Below are positions 40,101-52,220 of a stretch of DNA of 64,000 bases, one piece after another. The notes beneath the pieces are model-generated. The model saw only the letters and a list, made by a program, of their open reading frames with translations, had not been told where the DNA came from and searched no databases. Both the position numbers and the translations under genes were made by a program. Origin of the DNA: an uncultured candidate division Zixibacteria bacterium. Lineage in GTDB: Bacteria; Zixibacteria; MSB-5A5; UBA10806; 4484-95. The stretch's first letter is position 1; each line of letters starts with the position of its first letter. The stretch covers positions 1,312,001 through 1,376,000 of the forward strand of contig CAXXKA010000008.1 in NCBI GenBank assembly GCA_963668625.2, in the 5' to 3' direction.

Positions 40101-42284
40101 CTAGCTTTGCGAGACAAGGCTGTTTAATTTTTCTATGATCTTACGAGCCGCTACCGGTATCACCGTGCCGGGTCCGAATATCGCGGCGGCGCCGTTTTGT
40201 TCGAGGAACGGGTAATCCTTGGGCGGTATCACACCGCCGATTACCACCATTATATCATCCCGGCCCTGGCTTTTCAACTGCTCGACGAGCTGCGGCAGAA
40301 GAGTCTTGTGTCCTCCGGCCAGCGAACTCATGCCGACGATGTGAACATCATTTTCCACCGCGTGACGGGCTGTTTCCTCGGGCGTCTCGAACAGCGGTCC
40401 GATATCGACATCGAAACCCAAATCGGCAAATGCCGTGGCGATTACTTTCGCGCCCCGGTCGTGACCGTCCTGGCCGATTTTGGCGATCATGATACGCGGC
40501 CGCCTGCCGTTATTTGTCTCGAACTCATCGGCCCGTTCGCGAACATCACTGACAAGCTCGCTTTCGCCGAACTCAGAGCCGTAAACTCCTGAGATCGAAC
40601 GAATAATCGCTTTGTGACGACCGAATACTTTCTCCATCGCGAACGATATCTCCCCCAGCGAGGCTTTAACACGAGCGGCTTTGATAGACAGCTCTAGCAG
40701 GTTGCCTTCGCCACCATCGGCACATTTCGTGATTGCCTCCAACGCCTGCTGAACGTCGTCCTCGTTGCGTTCGGCGCGAAGTTTCGCCAGACGTTTCAAC
40801 TGGTTGTTGCGCACCTCGGAGTTATCGACATCGAGCGTCTCGATCGGGTCTTCGTGATCGAGCACGTATTTATTGGTGCCGACTATAATCTCCTTACCAG
40901 AATCGATCCTCGCCTGGCGGCGAGCGGCGGCCTCTTCGATTCGCATCTTGGGCAGGCCGGTATCGATAGCCTTGGCCATACCGCCTAAGCCCTCTACCTC
41001 CAGTATATGTTTCCAAGCTTTGGTAAGTAACGAGTCGGTCAGGTATTCGACATAGTACGAGCCACCCCAGGGATCGATTACATTACAGATTCCGGTTTCA
41101 TGTTGAAGGTATAACTGCGTGTTACGGGCTATACGCGCCGAGAAATCAGTCGGCAAGGCGATTGCCTCATCGAGAGAGTTGGTGTGAAGAGATTGCGTAT
41201 GTCCCAATACGGCGGCCATTGCCTCTATACAGGTGCGAGATATGTTGTTGAACGGGTCCTGCTCGGTAAGGCTCCAGCCGGAAGTTTGCGAATGAGTTCG
41301 TAATGCCATCGATTTCGGATTTTGCGGGTCGAACTGCTTTATCATTTTCGCCCAGATAAGGCGAGCGGCGCGCATCTTGGCTATCTCCATGAAATAGTTC
41401 ATGCCTATTCCCCAGAAAAACGATAGACGCGGAGCGAAATCATCGATTTTGATTCCCGAATCCAATCCGGTACGAACATACTGCAAACCGTCGGCCAGGG
41501 TGTACGCCATCTCCAGGTCGGCGGTGGCGCCGGCCTCTTGCATATGGTAACCGGAGATACTGATGCTGTTGAATTTCGGCATGTTTTGCGAGGTGAAGTT
41601 GAATATATCGGCGATGATTTTCATCGAGTGTTCGGGGGGATAGATATACGTATTACGCACCATGTATTCTTTCAGGATATCGTTTTGAATCGTACCGGTA
41701 AGCTGCTCCAGTTTCACGCCCTGCTGTTCGGCGGCCACTATGTAGAACGCCATTACCGGTAGCACCGCGCCGTTCATCGTCATCGATACTGACATTTTAT
41801 CGAGCGGAATGCCGTCGAAAAGAATGTTCATATCGAGTATGGAGTCGACCGCTACACCGGCCATGCCGACATCCCCGACAACGCGCGGGTGATCCGAATC
41901 GTAGCCGCGATGCGTTGCCAGGTCGAAAGCTATCGACAAACCACGTTGGCCGGCGGCCAGGTTTCGACGATAAAAAGCGTTGCTCTCCTCGGCGGTAGAG
42001 AAACCGGCGTACTGGCGGATAGTCCAGGGTCGGGTTACGTACATGGTTGCGTATGGCCCGCGTAAAAACGGCGGAATGCCGGCGGTGTAATCCAGATGTT
42101 TCGCCGAGGCTATATCATCTGAGGTGCACAGTGGCTGGACATCGATTTGCTCGTTGGTATGCCAGGTAAGGGCATCGGGTTTTACGCCGCTCTGTTTTTC
42201 GACCTCGGCCAGCCATTTGCCTTTCTCACTGCCGGAAATAACCGGAGCAAAATCTATATTTGAGAAATCCGGAATGTTACTCAT
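40101..42284 (-). CDS. scpA: Methylmalonyl-CoA mutase, large (catalytic, B12-binding) subunit
   Basis: [29 protein letters not shown] and [10 protein letters not shown] motifs. Confidence 0.96.
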   Translation of the reverse strand: MSNIPDFSNIDFAPVISGSEKGKWLAEVEKQSGVKPDALTWHTNEQIDVQPLCTSDDIASAKHLDYTAGIPPFLRGPYATMYVTRPWTIRQYAGFSTAEESNAFYRRNLAAGQRGLSIAFDLATHRGYDSDHPRVVGDVGMAGVAVDSILDMNILFDGIPLDKMSVSMTMNGAVLPVMAFYIVAAEQQGVKLEQLTGTIQNDILKEYMVRNTYIYPPEHSMKIIADIFNFTSQNMPKFNSISISGYHMQEAGATADLEMAYTLADGLQYVRTGLDSGIKIDDFAPRLSFFWGIGMNYFMEIAKMRAARLIWAKMIKQFDPQNPKSMALRTHSQTSGWSLTEQDPFNNISRTCIEAMAAVLGHTQSLHTNSLDEAIALPTDFSARIARNTQLYLQHETGICNVIDPWGGSYYVEYLTDSLLTKAWKHILEVEGLGGMAKAIDTGLPKMRIEEAAARRQARIDSGKEIIVGTNKYVLDHEDPIETLDVDNSEVRNNQLKRLAKLRAERNEDDVQQALEAITKCADGGEGNLLELSIKAARVKASLGEISFAMEKVFGRHKAIIRSISGVYGSEFGESELVSDVRERADEFETNNGRRPRIMIAKIGQDGHDRGAKVIATAFADLGFDVDIGPLFETPEETARHAVENDVHIVGMSSLAGGHKTLLPQLVEQLKSQGRDDIMVVIGGVIPPKDYPFLEQNGAAAIFGPGTVIPVAARKIIEKLNSLVSQS

Positions 42285-44446
42285 GATCTTACCCCAATCT
42301 TTTTCGAGAGCTTAACCAGCATTTCATATACGTTAGCTCCCATATATATGAACTCATCGATACCTGCTTTTCGATATTCCTCTATTTTGTCTTTAGGATA
42401 CCCGGCAAGTACGAGTGTCGTATCCGAGTTGATTTTTTTCATTGATTCACAAAATGACGGTACTATTTCCTGATAGCTGTCATCGGAGGAGCAGAGAACG
42501 ACAATGGGCGATTTAGATATGTTAATTTCATCAGCGGCCCCGTCGTTATCTTTCACGGCCAGTGTTTCCGTTTTAAAACCACCTGCCTGGAAAAAGCCCG
42601 CCGAGAAATCCTCACGCGCTTTGTATTCCGAGAGCCGACCGAAACAGGCCAGGGTTACTTTAATGGGAATTCCGGTTTCGGATTCGTATCTCTCGACCGA
42701 GCCACGCAGCACCTCGAATAACTCCGGTCCGCGGTGTATACGAAGCGGGTAGATCGTTATGCCTTTGCTTACATTCTTTCGGATCGTTTTAGCTATTTCG
42801 CCCAGGGTAGCTCCCGAAGCGGCGGCATCGATGGCTTTCTCGACGAAGTTGTTATCCTCTCCTGATACGGATTCGTAAAGCCTCTCTATGGACTCGGATT
42901 TGTTATCCTTGTCGATTGAATTTCTGAATGATTCGATCTCCCGGTTTCGTTGTTCGTATATCGCGGCGTAATCTGGAGTTTGTCTCTCTGACGGTTTTTC
43001 GGCAAGATTGGCGTGCATATTCGTGCCCACGAACACGTCCTTGCGGCGAGCAATGTTACTCAGGCGTTGATTATTTATTTCCTCGATTCGCTTCTGCGGA
43101 ACACCTGATATTAATGCTTCGATTATACCTCCGGATTTTTCGATCTCGCGGAAACTGTCCCAGGCCTTATTAGCCAGCATTCCGGTGAGATTTTCCAGGT
43201 ACCACGAACCACCCGCAGGATCGATTATCTTGTCCAGGTGAGATTCCTCTTTCAGGATAATCTGAATACTCCTGGCGATACGTCTCGAAAACTCGTCGGG
43301 TTGTTTGTAGGTGTCATCGAAAAAGCCAACATGAAGGCTATCGCAGCCGCCTGCTACCGCCGAGAACGCCTCGGTGGTGGCTCTCAGCAAGTTTACGTAG
43401 GGATCGTAAGTTGATTTGTTATAGAACGAGGTTTTAGAATGAATTGTCATTTTCTGGGCCGTTTCGTCGCCACCACAATCATGAATCACTTTAGACCAGA
43501 GCATTCTTGCAGCGCGAAACTTGGCTATCTCGGTGAAGAAATTCGAACCGACAGAGTAAATGAACACCATCTGTTTGGCGGTTTCATTAATCGGTATATC
43601 TCGTTTTTCCATTTGGCGAAGATACTCGACACCGGTGGCCATCGAGTATGCCAGTTCCTCAACCGCACTGCCGCCACTGTTGTGATAAATACTGGCATCG
43701 ATCGCAACCGTTCTTACTTTCAAACTATTCGAATCGAGCCAATTGACAATCCGGGCCATCTCATTCAGCGCCGTCTCGATATCGATTGGCAGTTCACCCA
43801 GCGCGGCTAACTCACCGATCGGGTCGGCTTTGATACTGCCCGATAAATCATCGAATCCGTATTTATGCCTTTTCATATATCCGAAAAGCAACGACAACAG
43901 GGGAAGCGATGAAGCTCCCGCCTGTAAATGAATCGGAGTGGCTTTGATATCTATGCCGGTTAACAACTTCTCGATATCCTCAACAGTTGCGATAGATGTG
44001 CCATTTCTACCGACCTCACCGTTTTCGGCGGTGTCGGGATCGACGAATCTACGGGAGGCTTTATCCAGCTTTATCGAAATCGCTGTTTGGCCGGCGTTAA
44101 GGTCCTTTACGAGTGCGGTGTTTATCGATTCAACGGTAGGGTACGGCAATTTCTGGGAGATATCCCAGGGTTTGATATTATAGCCCGCCGTCTCGGCCGA
44201 ACGGGTAAACGGCGGCTGCCCGGGGATAGAATCGACAAACGCCAAGTTTTTAACATCTTCCCGTCGGTAGATAGGTTGAAGTTCTAACCCTTCATAGGTT
44301 TTCGTAATCATTTTCTTCTCGAACGACGCGCCTTTCAGAAGCCTTTCCACTTCGGCTTTCCATGCCTTTAAAGAGGCTCCGCGAAATTCATCGAAATCGA
44401 GGATGGAATCTGATTTACTGGTTATATTTGAATGGTTTTCACTCAT
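42281..44446 (-). CDS. mutA: Methylmalonyl-CoA mutase, small (non-catalytic) subunit
   Basis: Mutase fold ([22 protein letters not shown]) lacking DxHxxG; overlaps the large-subunit start. Confidence 0.9.
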   Translation of the reverse strand: MSENHSNITSKSDSILDFDEFRGASLKAWKAEVERLLKGASFEKKMITKTYEGLELQPIYRREDVKNLAFVDSIPGQPPFTRSAETAGYNIKPWDISQKLPYPTVESINTALVKDLNAGQTAISIKLDKASRRFVDPDTAENGEVGRNGTSIATVEDIEKLLTGIDIKATPIHLQAGASSLPLLSLLFGYMKRHKYGFDDLSGSIKADPIGELAALGELPIDIETALNEMARIVNWLDSNSLKVRTVAIDASIYHNSGGSAVEELAYSMATGVEYLRQMEKRDIPINETAKQMVFIYSVGSNFFTEIAKFRAARMLWSKVIHDCGGDETAQKMTIHSKTSFYNKSTYDPYVNLLRATTEAFSAVAGGCDSLHVGFFDDTYKQPDEFSRRIARSIQIILKEESHLDKIIDPAGGSWYLENLTGMLANKAWDSFREIEKSGGIIEALISGVPQKRIEEINNQRLSNIARRKDVFVGTNMHANLAEKPSERQTPDYAAIYEQRNREIESFRNSIDKDNKSESIERLYESVSGEDNNFVEKAIDAAASGATLGEIAKTIRKNVSKGITIYPLRIHRGPELFEVLRGSVERYESETGIPIKVTLACFGRLSEYKAREDFSAGFFQAGGFKTETLAVKDNDGAADEINISKSPIVVLCSSDDSYQEIVPSFCESMKKINSDTTLVLAGYPKDKIEEYRKAGIDEFIYMGANVYEMLVKLSKKIGVRS

Positions 44447-44642
44447 GAAAAAATCTCCTTTTTACGCCCATCATATACCGGGCTTGTCGGGAATCTATCG
44501 TAAAGATTCGGCCAATACAAGGAATTTATCTGCAATAAACTTAAGAATATTCAATGAGTTCCATGAGTTATAACCATTAATATAAGTATATTTCAAAATA
44601 CACGATCAGATAGAATTCATACTGCACTTTTATAACTGACTA

Positions 44643-44897
44643 CACTAGTGTCCGGTGTTTTTCGTTAAATTTTAAATTTCTCCTTGGAATTGTTAATGAA
44701 AAATATTTTCCGATATAATTATTTTATTCAGCGTATCATTCATCCTGACATATCCTGCCGATGTTAGGCTTGGTTTTCTGGTTTCCAAGCGCTGCTTGGA
44801 AACCTTCTTGAATCATGTAGAATGCGCATTCTGCCGGCAAACAAGCCACGTTGCGAAGCAGCGCTTCGCAACGAGATGAAAAGACCGGACAGTAGTG
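44643..44897 (+). mobile_element. MITE-1, complete copy
   Basis: TIRs cactagtgtccgg / ccggacagtagtg; perfect 9-bp target duplication AACTGACTA (44634-44642 and 44898-44906). Confidence 0.92.
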
Positions 44898-44976
44898 AAC
44901 TGACTAATATGTTAACAACTAGGGATCAGCGATATTAACTTGTTGATTATTAATGTCTTGCATCATACCGCACATG

Positions 44977-45007
44977 AAAAAGCAGGCCACATATCAATAT
45001 GGCCTGC
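44977..45007 (-). terminator. Intrinsic terminator of the C25 peptidase gene
   Basis: aaaaa-gcaggcca...tggcctgc, giving a U-tract on the minus strand. Confidence 0.7.
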
Positions 45008-45054
45008 CGAAATTTTAATTTCACGTTTATACTTTAATATCTTTAATACACGAC

Positions 45055-48054
45055 CTATTCACAGCCGGGCCAGTATGAGGGCATCTCAGTCGGGCAATCA
45101 TCAGGATTAAGCCAGAGCGGCAGGTGGGATTCGCAATACTCGAGTTGCCCGATCCCACGGAAATAGTTAACCAGCTTGGTGACATCGCCACCGATTACCC
45201 GGCAGTCTCCATTGGCATCGGCCGAGGCCCAGAAACCATCGAAATAGCAAGGTGATGAGGTCGAAAATCCTCTGAAAAAGCCAACCAGATATGTGACATC
45301 GCTACCAAGCACCTCGGGTGGCCAGCCACCGGCATGCATGTTTGCATCGCCAGGCATATACGCGAAACCCGGCTCAGTACAATCGAACATACTTACGCTG
45401 AAAGCATCGATGCCCGCCTCAACGACCGAGCCCGCGCCTAAATCGGAGGCGACAAACTGTAACCGCACGGAAGCGGAGGGGTGAATATACTGATCGACCT
45501 CGTACGAGAACATCTGCCAGCCATTCAAACTCGATGGCCCTATCGAGTCAACGAACGTCCAGGAGGCGCCATCATTATTAGAAATATTTACGATAAAGTA
45601 ATCATCACCGGGATTGTCTCCTGTGTTGTTCGTATACCAGAGCGCAAACGATACGATGGCATCGCCTCCGCTCATATCGAATGCAGGTGACTCGAGATAC
45701 GTCGAACCGCCGTCGACATCCGAATTACCATCTACATTGTCGGTAAGATAGCAATAACCGGAACCGTCGTAATCGGTCGGCGGATCACCTCTTTCACCTC
45801 CGCCTGCAGGAATCGCCCGTTCCCAATGGCCATCGGCAGCATCGCCCGTTACACTCCATCCCTGGTCGCTATTGAAATCATCCTCGGCAATCAAAAGCAA
45901 TGTGCCAACATCGGCGGAGAAATACCATTCGGGGGCGTTAGGCGGATCGATTACGGTGGAACCGGCGTCCCCCTGGGCGCTGAAATAGAACTGAGGGGTG
46001 CTCTCGCATAGTGATCCGGGAAGTGAAACTAAATACATATCATCCTGTTGATGGTTCAAGGCTATGGGACTAAACTCATCTTCGTCATTTAATCGGTAGT
46101 ACATCATGCCGGTGCCCGGGACATAATTTTCGCTACGTTCTATTATCTGAACCGTAATCGAAACATCCACGCCGGGGTCGACAAGCTCGGGCAAGCCGTT
46201 CGGGTAATCGATAGTCAACGGACGTTGCACTACCGTTCCCATGCTCAAATCGGGGTTACCCCAGAGAGCTCCCCATTCACAGAACTCGTACGAATCGTAA
46301 TCCCACAGATTGTAAGTGTACATATCTCGCAGAGCCTGGGCATGTGCCTGGCCAACCGTATAGTCGCCGGAGGTAACGTACGTAGTGAAAAAGTAATCCA
46401 GTGACTGGCTCGAACCATCATATGGCCCCGACCAGCCGGGGCAACCCATAGCAACTTTAGTGGCGCCCACGAAAGCTACGCCACCCTGCTGCATCATCGA
46501 CTGCCCGATATTAAGTACATCGGTGTCCGAGTTGCTGCAGGCATCGGCAAAGATAATTGCCGGATAATCATCATTTAGGCTGGCGCAGTTTGCCGAGGAT
46601 ATGAAAGCTTCGCCGGAACCATGAAGAATATGGCTGGAGGTAGGCGAACCATGCCCAGCCCAGTTTACGAAAGCATACGAGCCTGAGGACCAGACCGAAA
46701 CGGCATTGGAGTTGTTTAAGTTATAATCCATAGGATAGGAGGAATAACCCTGTTCATAGAGACGGGTTTTCGTCCAATCTGTCATCCAATCCTGATTTAT
46801 TTTAGTCTCCATCAGTACCGCGTTATCAGTTACCGGGTCATCCCAGAAATATGCGCCCAGAAGGAGAATGTTTTTCTTGAATGAGATTTCCTCGTTCAAT
46901 TCATATGCTACTGATTTCTCACAGATATGCTGTACTATACTCGGTTCGCTCCAGGGAATACGACCGACATTGATCTCGGCGTAGAAATCTACATTATCAC
47001 CGTAATCCTCGCAATACTGATGATCGCCGTCGGCGTCCCAGGATAGGTTGTCCGGTGACGAAAGCTCGGAGTAGTAGAAATCGGTTTCTGGTTCGCCATA
47101 GCCCAGGTCGATGCTAACTCGACGCATCGGGACATCATCATAATGACCGATTATGAGCACGTCCTCGATTCCCCACTCGGAGGATGGGTATTTATCTAAC
47201 AGGAAATTCCTCATCCTGGCCGCCAGGTCATAACCGGTGTAATTGGCGGTAATCCACGATGTGGTGACTACGTTAACGATCCGGCCTTTGGTCTGCTCCC
47301 AGGAAACCAGTGTATCGATGTAGGGTTCGAGACTGGTTGTCGTGATTATGACCATATCGAATAAGTCTTTGCTATCAGAGGAGAATTGGGGGTACCAGGA
47401 GTAGGCGGCGTTGTAGTTTAATATCAATTTCTCGGCAATCGCCTCGGTATTTTCCAGATGGTCGATAATTACCCTCTCGTTCTTGGTGGAGGGCTTTAGT
47501 TTGATCGATACGGTGATATCGGGATAGAAATATACTTCCCCCGAAACCGGGTTATACTGAAAAGGAGTAACCATGACATCAACGAGATTGTACTTGCGGT
47601 AAGCGGCTGATCTTACGTATTCCACCGGTTCGGCAGGGTGTAAAGAATTACTCTTATATACCAGGTTATAGCTGGAATCATAGAGGGCTTTATCCTTCGC
47701 GTAAAGCGTCAGGTTCTCATTCCCGATTACTCTGTTTAACGGCGTGGGCACGATATCGTATGTTCCGGCCAGTTTTACCGGTTCGCCCAATTCGTATTCT
47801 ATACCGTCGTACTCCGCGCCGGGCGGTATAGCGATGGCGAATTTACGTGAGGGCAGTTTCGGTTTACCGGGTATGGAGGTATACCCGTAATCATCAAGAC
47901 TTATTTTCTGCCCGTTCTCGATTGATGAAATATCATAGTTGCCGGTCGGAATATTAACCGTAACGCTGTTAAAATCCTCCCCGGCAAATGAAACCGGCAT
48001 CGATAACATCAAAACTATTAAAATTGCAGCTAAACAATACCTACTCGTAATCAT
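45055..48054 (-). CDS. Secreted C25 (gingipain-family) cysteine peptidase with propeptide, beta-sandwich domain and C-terminal dockerin-like tail
   Basis: Signal peptide, propeptide PGKPKLP, VGRIP, NWAGHGS (His), FADACS (Cys), LWGNP; GDAN repeats at the C-terminus. Confidence 0.9.
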   Translation of the reverse strand: MITSRYCLAAILIVLMLSMPVSFAGEDFNSVTVNIPTGNYDISSIENGQKISLDDYGYTSIPGKPKLPSRKFAIAIPPGAEYDGIEYELGEPVKLAGTYDIVPTPLNRVIGNENLTLYAKDKALYDSSYNLVYKSNSLHPAEPVEYVRSAAYRKYNLVDVMVTPFQYNPVSGEVYFYPDITVSIKLKPSTKNERVIIDHLENTEAIAEKLILNYNAAYSWYPQFSSDSKDLFDMVIITTTSLEPYIDTLVSWEQTKGRIVNVVTTSWITANYTGYDLAARMRNFLLDKYPSSEWGIEDVLIIGHYDDVPMRRVSIDLGYGEPETDFYYSELSSPDNLSWDADGDHQYCEDYGDNVDFYAEINVGRIPWSEPSIVQHICEKSVAYELNEEISFKKNILLLGAYFWDDPVTDNAVLMETKINQDWMTDWTKTRLYEQGYSSYPMDYNLNNSNAVSVWSSGSYAFVNWAGHGSPTSSHILHGSGEAFISSANCASLNDDYPAIIFADACSNSDTDVLNIGQSMMQQGGVAFVGATKVAMGCPGWSGPYDGSSQSLDYFFTTYVTSGDYTVGQAHAQALRDMYTYNLWDYDSYEFCEWGALWGNPDLSMGTVVQRPLTIDYPNGLPELVDPGVDVSITVQIIERSENYVPGTGMMYYRLNDEDEFSPIALNHQQDDMYLVSLPGSLCESTPQFYFSAQGDAGSTVIDPPNAPEWYFSADVGTLLLIAEDDFNSDQGWSVTGDAADGHWERAIPAGGGERGDPPTDYDGSGYCYLTDNVDGNSDVDGGSTYLESPAFDMSGGDAIVSFALWYTNNTGDNPGDDYFIVNISNNDGASWTFVDSIGPSSLNGWQMFSYEVDQYIHPSASVRLQFVASDLGAGSVVEAGIDAFSVSMFDCTEPGFAYMPGDANMHAGGWPPEVLGSDVTYLVGFFRGFSTSSPCYFDGFWASADANGDCRVIGGDVTKLVNYFRGIGQLEYCESHLPLWLNPDDCPTEMPSYWPGCE

Positions 48055-48348
48055 TTTGCAACTCCTTTAAGATACACCTCGGTTTTCATATACATAGTTG
48101 TAAGGCAGTTCATCATAGCTTTAATCTTACTGTGTAATAATTCAGCAGGACTGTTAAAATTTAATATAATGAGACGAATAACGCAATGATAATCTGATAT
48201 AATTGGGATTTGAAAATAGAATCAGAATGACTACGGTTATTACGATAAATCAGTATTCTGTGAATAGTATTTCCCATAAGTTGGAATAGGTCTGATTGGA
48301 GTTGATGTTTTCCCTTGCGAATTCGGGCCTTATTTGTATAATGGCGTA

Positions 48349-49617
48349 ATGATTACCGCTGCAAGACGCACTTTTTTGAATATCTCCTCGTTTCAGGTAC
48401 TGATCATGTTCCGCCGGGGACTTTTTTATAGCTACCTGTCTATATATCTCAGGTTTTTCCTGGGGCTAAGTGTCACCGAGACAACGCTGTTCGGTACTTT
48501 GCCAATGATAGTAAACGTGCTAACCCAGACATTCATCTGGGGAAATGTCTCCGATAGATTCCAGCTTCGCAGGACACTGATTATCATAGGTGAGATAGCC
48601 GCTGCGATTATTACCGTGGCGGTATGGTATGTGCATACTATCCCGGATTCCAAGACAGCGGCAGGCTATGTGCTTATAATCGGGCTTTCGATAGTGGAGA
48701 TATTCTGGTCGATGTCCAACGTTGGCTGGAGCGCTCTTCTCTCCGATCTATATCCCGCCGAGGAGCGAACCGGCTTGCAAGGGAAACTCCAGAGCGCCGG
48801 TGCATTCGGACGTTTTATCGGGATACTGGTCGGCGGGTTACTGTATGACGGTTTCGCCCGGTATTACGAGGGTTGGGGATTCGAGGAAGGTGTCTTGTTT
48901 TTCATAGCCGGCGGGGTTATGATGATATCCACCATTCCGATGCTTTTCGTGCCGGAGGGGGGAGTTAAAGCGGAGGAGCGCGAGTCTACCCAGAATGCCT
49001 CGATCCCGAAAGGCGGTAGATTCGATATCTCTAAAAAGTATCTTTTCTTTCTCATCTCCATGATTTTCCTGTTCTTCGGATTTAACTCGATAGTGTTTAT
49101 CAAACCTCAATACTTGTCTCTGGATCAGGGGTTTGATGTTTCGAGCACGACATTAAGTTACATACTCAGCATGATGACATTGGCGATATTTCTCATCGGC
49201 CTGACAATAAAGAAACTTTCGGATCGATTCAGCGATGAGAAACTGCTAATTGCCGGAGCGCTGGCAACCCTGCTTTATCTTCTGGGGTATGCTTTTTCGG
49301 ATGATATAAAATATATTTACGTCAGCGATTTCATGGGCGGTGTATCTATGGCACTGATGTTCGCTACCGCCTACTCGTATGCCTCCAGGCTAATCCCACC
49401 GGAGAAACGGGGACGGCAATTTTCGCTGTTTAACGCCACCATGTTTTTAAGCTGGGGGGTACCGGGCACTTTCATCACCGGACCGTTCGTGGATTATATG
49501 ATCGGCGCCGGTTACGATCAGGTCTATTCCTACCGCCTGTCTTTTTACCTGGCCACGATGCTGGTTATTATTGGCGCAATTATGCTTTTAGTCACATTTC
49601 GGTTAAAAGAAAAATAA
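48349..49617 (+). CDS. MFS transporter
   Basis: About 12 TM helices; WGNVSDRFQLRR and KLSDRFSDEK motif-A-like loops. Confidence 0.9.
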   Translation: MITAARRTFLNISSFQVLIMFRRGLFYSYLSIYLRFFLGLSVTETTLFGTLPMIVNVLTQTFIWGNVSDRFQLRRTLIIIGEIAAAIITVAVWYVHTIPDSKTAAGYVLIIGLSIVEIFWSMSNVGWSALLSDLYPAEERTGLQGKLQSAGAFGRFIGILVGGLLYDGFARYYEGWGFEEGVLFFIAGGVMMISTIPMLFVPEGGVKAEERESTQNASIPKGGRFDISKKYLFFLISMIFLFFGFNSIVFIKPQYLSLDQGFDVSSTTLSYILSMMTLAIFLIGLTIKKLSDRFSDEKLLIAGALATLLYLLGYAFSDDIKYIYVSDFMGGVSMALMFATAYSYASRLIPPEKRGRQFSLFNATMFLSWGVPGTFITGPFVDYMIGAGYDQVYSYRLSFYLATMLVIIGAIMLLVTFRLKEK

Positions 49618-49684
49618 GCTTCTATCATATCCTATCCTATCTATAAATGCCACGGGCTATTCCGTTTGATTGACTCTTTTGTAT

Positions 49685-50383
49685 ATGCAGATAGTTGATA
49701 TTAGCAGCCCCGAGGAGCCGATGCTCCTGGGGAAATACCAGACCTCCGGCAGAACGTTCCATGTGAAAGCCGATGACAGCTATGCTTATATAGCGGATGG
49801 TTATGCCGGTGGCTTCATCATTTTAGATATTTCCAATCCTGCGAATCCTGAGTTCGTCAGCGAACTTGATTTTAACGGAACGGCTAAAGAAGTAGATGTC
49901 CGGGATGATCACGCGTTTTTAATCGTCGGCAATATGATTTATATGATCGATATCTCCAATCCCGAGGAGCCGGAATTAGCCGCGAGTTACGATACTCCGG
50001 GCTATCCCAATGCGCTGGTTGTGGATGGCAACTACATTTATGTCGCTGATTATAGATCGATGCTGGTGTTATACTACGATCCCACGACAGGTGTAATCGA
50101 TGAGCTTACGGAGCTGCCCGAGCAGATTTCGCTGGCTAGTAATTACCCAAACCCATTCAACAATTCGACCGTGATAAGCTATGAACTTCCCCGGGCGGGC
50201 ATAGTAACACTTGATATTTACGATATCCTGGGACGTAAGATAACCAGCCTTGAAAATAGCTATAAACAGGCCGGTCAACACAGTGTGTTATGGCAGGCTG
50301 ATGGTTTATCCTCCGGCGTATATCTTTACAGGCTCGAAACCGAAAGCGGCGTAGAGAATAATAGAATGATGCTGCTGAAATAA
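49685..50383 (+). pseudogene. Probable 5'-truncated LVIVD-repeat protein with T9SS-like C-terminal domain
   Basis: Starts mid-repeat (MQIVDISSP) with no signal peptide or clear RBS; intact CTD NYPNPFN...IYDILGRKI...LSSGVYLYRL...MMLLK. Confidence 0.55.
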
Positions 50384-50398
50384 GAAATCAGCAAAAAG

Positions 50399-51760
50399 TT
50401 AATATGGTTGCTCCTCTAATAACTGATTATAGGGGGGCAACCATTTACCGAACAACGTAGCGTACATGATTCGGTATATATCAGTATTATCGAGATTATT
50501 CTTCAACAGGTGCGAGTTTAAACCGTGAGTGCGGGCGATAATCGACCCGGCTAAATCTCCCCCGGTAGCCCAGACAACACCGAACCGCAGGCTGACCCCG
50601 TTCTTATCCGGCGCGGCCGTAAACGGAATCGTGTTTTTGCCATCGATGCCATCAAGTGGCGCTCCATTTTTTCTGCTATCCGGCAACGGTATATTCCATT
50701 TATCCTCACTGATTATGGCATCAAGCTGCATTCCGCCGGCGTCACTATCTGCTGCCGTGATTACCAGCGTGTTATTCATACGGTCGGCATATTCCATGGC
50801 CACACCTATCGCTCGATCAGCCCTGTATAATGCCGCGAAAGTGCCTCTGGCATTATTGGAGTTGCCGAAATTATCGGTGCCCTCCTCCTCGACAACCACT
50901 ATGAACTGCTTGCCTTTGTAATCCAATATGCGAAGAGCGACCTCCAGCATCTCGGCAACCGAGGGAGCATCGGGCTGGAAATCTTGAAGTTTATGTTCGC
51001 GATTGTATTCCTCGGTGTGATCGTTGAAAGTGTGTTTGGCGGCAAACACGCCCAGCACTTTATCGGTGTTAGAGGGCAAAGCATTCATTTGCTCGCGGTT
51101 GTAGACTATCGTGTAACCAAGCTCGCGAGCTCTGTCGATCAGATTCTTACCGTCCTCCCGCCGGCCGGGTTCGCCGTGAAAGCCAATCTCGTCCTCGGGT
51201 ATAAGTAGAATCTCGCCGCCGGAGAAAATAATATCGGTACCGCTTTCGATAATCTGCTCGGATATCGGATCGGTTAACGTACGTTTTTTATGGCTTGCTA
51301 CGAATACGCCGGTACCCGGTTCGCATATATGACCGCTGTTTATCAGGGCGGTGCTCATACCGGCTTTTCGCGCTTCAACCATTATGCTGTAATCTTTTCC
51401 CGAAAGTGATTTAACGGGTTTCTCCGGGGAGTTACCGAAGGTATCATAATTAACCTTGACTCCATACGAATGAATGGTGGCTCCCGCGTGAGAACTGCTA
51501 TTGGATGAGTTCAGGACATGAGAACGGTACAATCCCATATCGGTCATCCGTTCCCAGTTACTCATACTGTCGGGGCCGTACTTGTATATCCTGAGGCCCG
51601 CCCACATCGAGGGGCCGCTGCCATCGGGATGTATGAAAATTACGTTGCCTGTTTTTATCGTATTGTTAATACCATTGCCGTTTTGATCAGCTATTACCGC
51701 CTGAGCAATTGCGAACAAAACTAATGCGGCTGCTAAAATACCGATTCTAATGCTTATCAT
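50399..51760 (-). CDS. Alkaline phosphatase (PhoA-like)
   Basis: NVIFIHPDG, FSGG, VEEEGTDNFGNSN, TLVITAADSDAGG and DNTDIY motifs; GGAG RBS and signal peptide from ATG 51760. Confidence 0.88.
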   Translation of the reverse strand: MISIRIGILAAALVLFAIAQAVIADQNGNGINNTIKTGNVIFIHPDGSGPSMWAGLRIYKYGPDSMSNWERMTDMGLYRSHVLNSSNSSSHAGATIHSYGVKVNYDTFGNSPEKPVKSLSGKDYSIMVEARKAGMSTALINSGHICEPGTGVFVASHKKRTLTDPISEQIIESGTDIIFSGGEILLIPEDEIGFHGEPGRREDGKNLIDRARELGYTIVYNREQMNALPSNTDKVLGVFAAKHTFNDHTEEYNREHKLQDFQPDAPSVAEMLEVALRILDYKGKQFIVVVEEEGTDNFGNSNNARGTFAALYRADRAIGVAMEYADRMNNTLVITAADSDAGGMQLDAIISEDKWNIPLPDSRKNGAPLDGIDGKNTIPFTAAPDKNGVSLRFGVVWATGGDLAGSIIARTHGLNSHLLKNNLDNTDIYRIMYATLFGKWLPPYNQLLEEQPY

Positions 51761-52087
51761 ATTGACTCTCCAATCCCGCTTTTTACTTGTATTACGTATC
51801 AAGATAAATAGACTGGCTGCAATAAAAGCAAGAAAAATATCCATTCTAATATAAAGATAACTATAGCCGCATAAAAGAAATATCATACAATATGATTGAC
51901 TGAATAGCGATGCTCCTGATTCGAATGAATTGATTGTGTAACGGCTCCTTGAAGTGGTCACTCACTAAAACCATTATTTACCGAGAGCGATCTCTAAAGA
52001 GGCCGCCCTTTCAGATTATTTTATTCCGGTATGAACCATATTTTTACTGATTCTTTGTAAATTAATAGATAAATGATTATATTATTT

Positions 52088-52103
52088 AGGTATAATTATT
52101 GCA
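52088..52103 (+). promoter_or_regulatory. Possible sigma-54 (-24/-12) promoter
   Basis: AGGTATAATTATTGCA, GG-N10-GC, upstream of the 1333-aa gene; the region is AT-rich so a chance match is possible. Confidence 0.4.
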
Positions 52104-52220
52104 AAGACTTAGCTTGCTTTTATTAAAGGTCAATACTATATTGAATTACTTCGTTTGAAAGAAGTGTTTAAAGTGTTGAAATATGGTTGGTAGTTTATCT
52201 TTTTAATTTTCGGAGGCAAA

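Noticed and set aside
51761-51961. N-terminal 67-aa extension of alkaline phosphatase given by the ORF track
   Set aside because: A good RBS and signal peptide begin at ATG 51760; the extension looks like intergenic sequence
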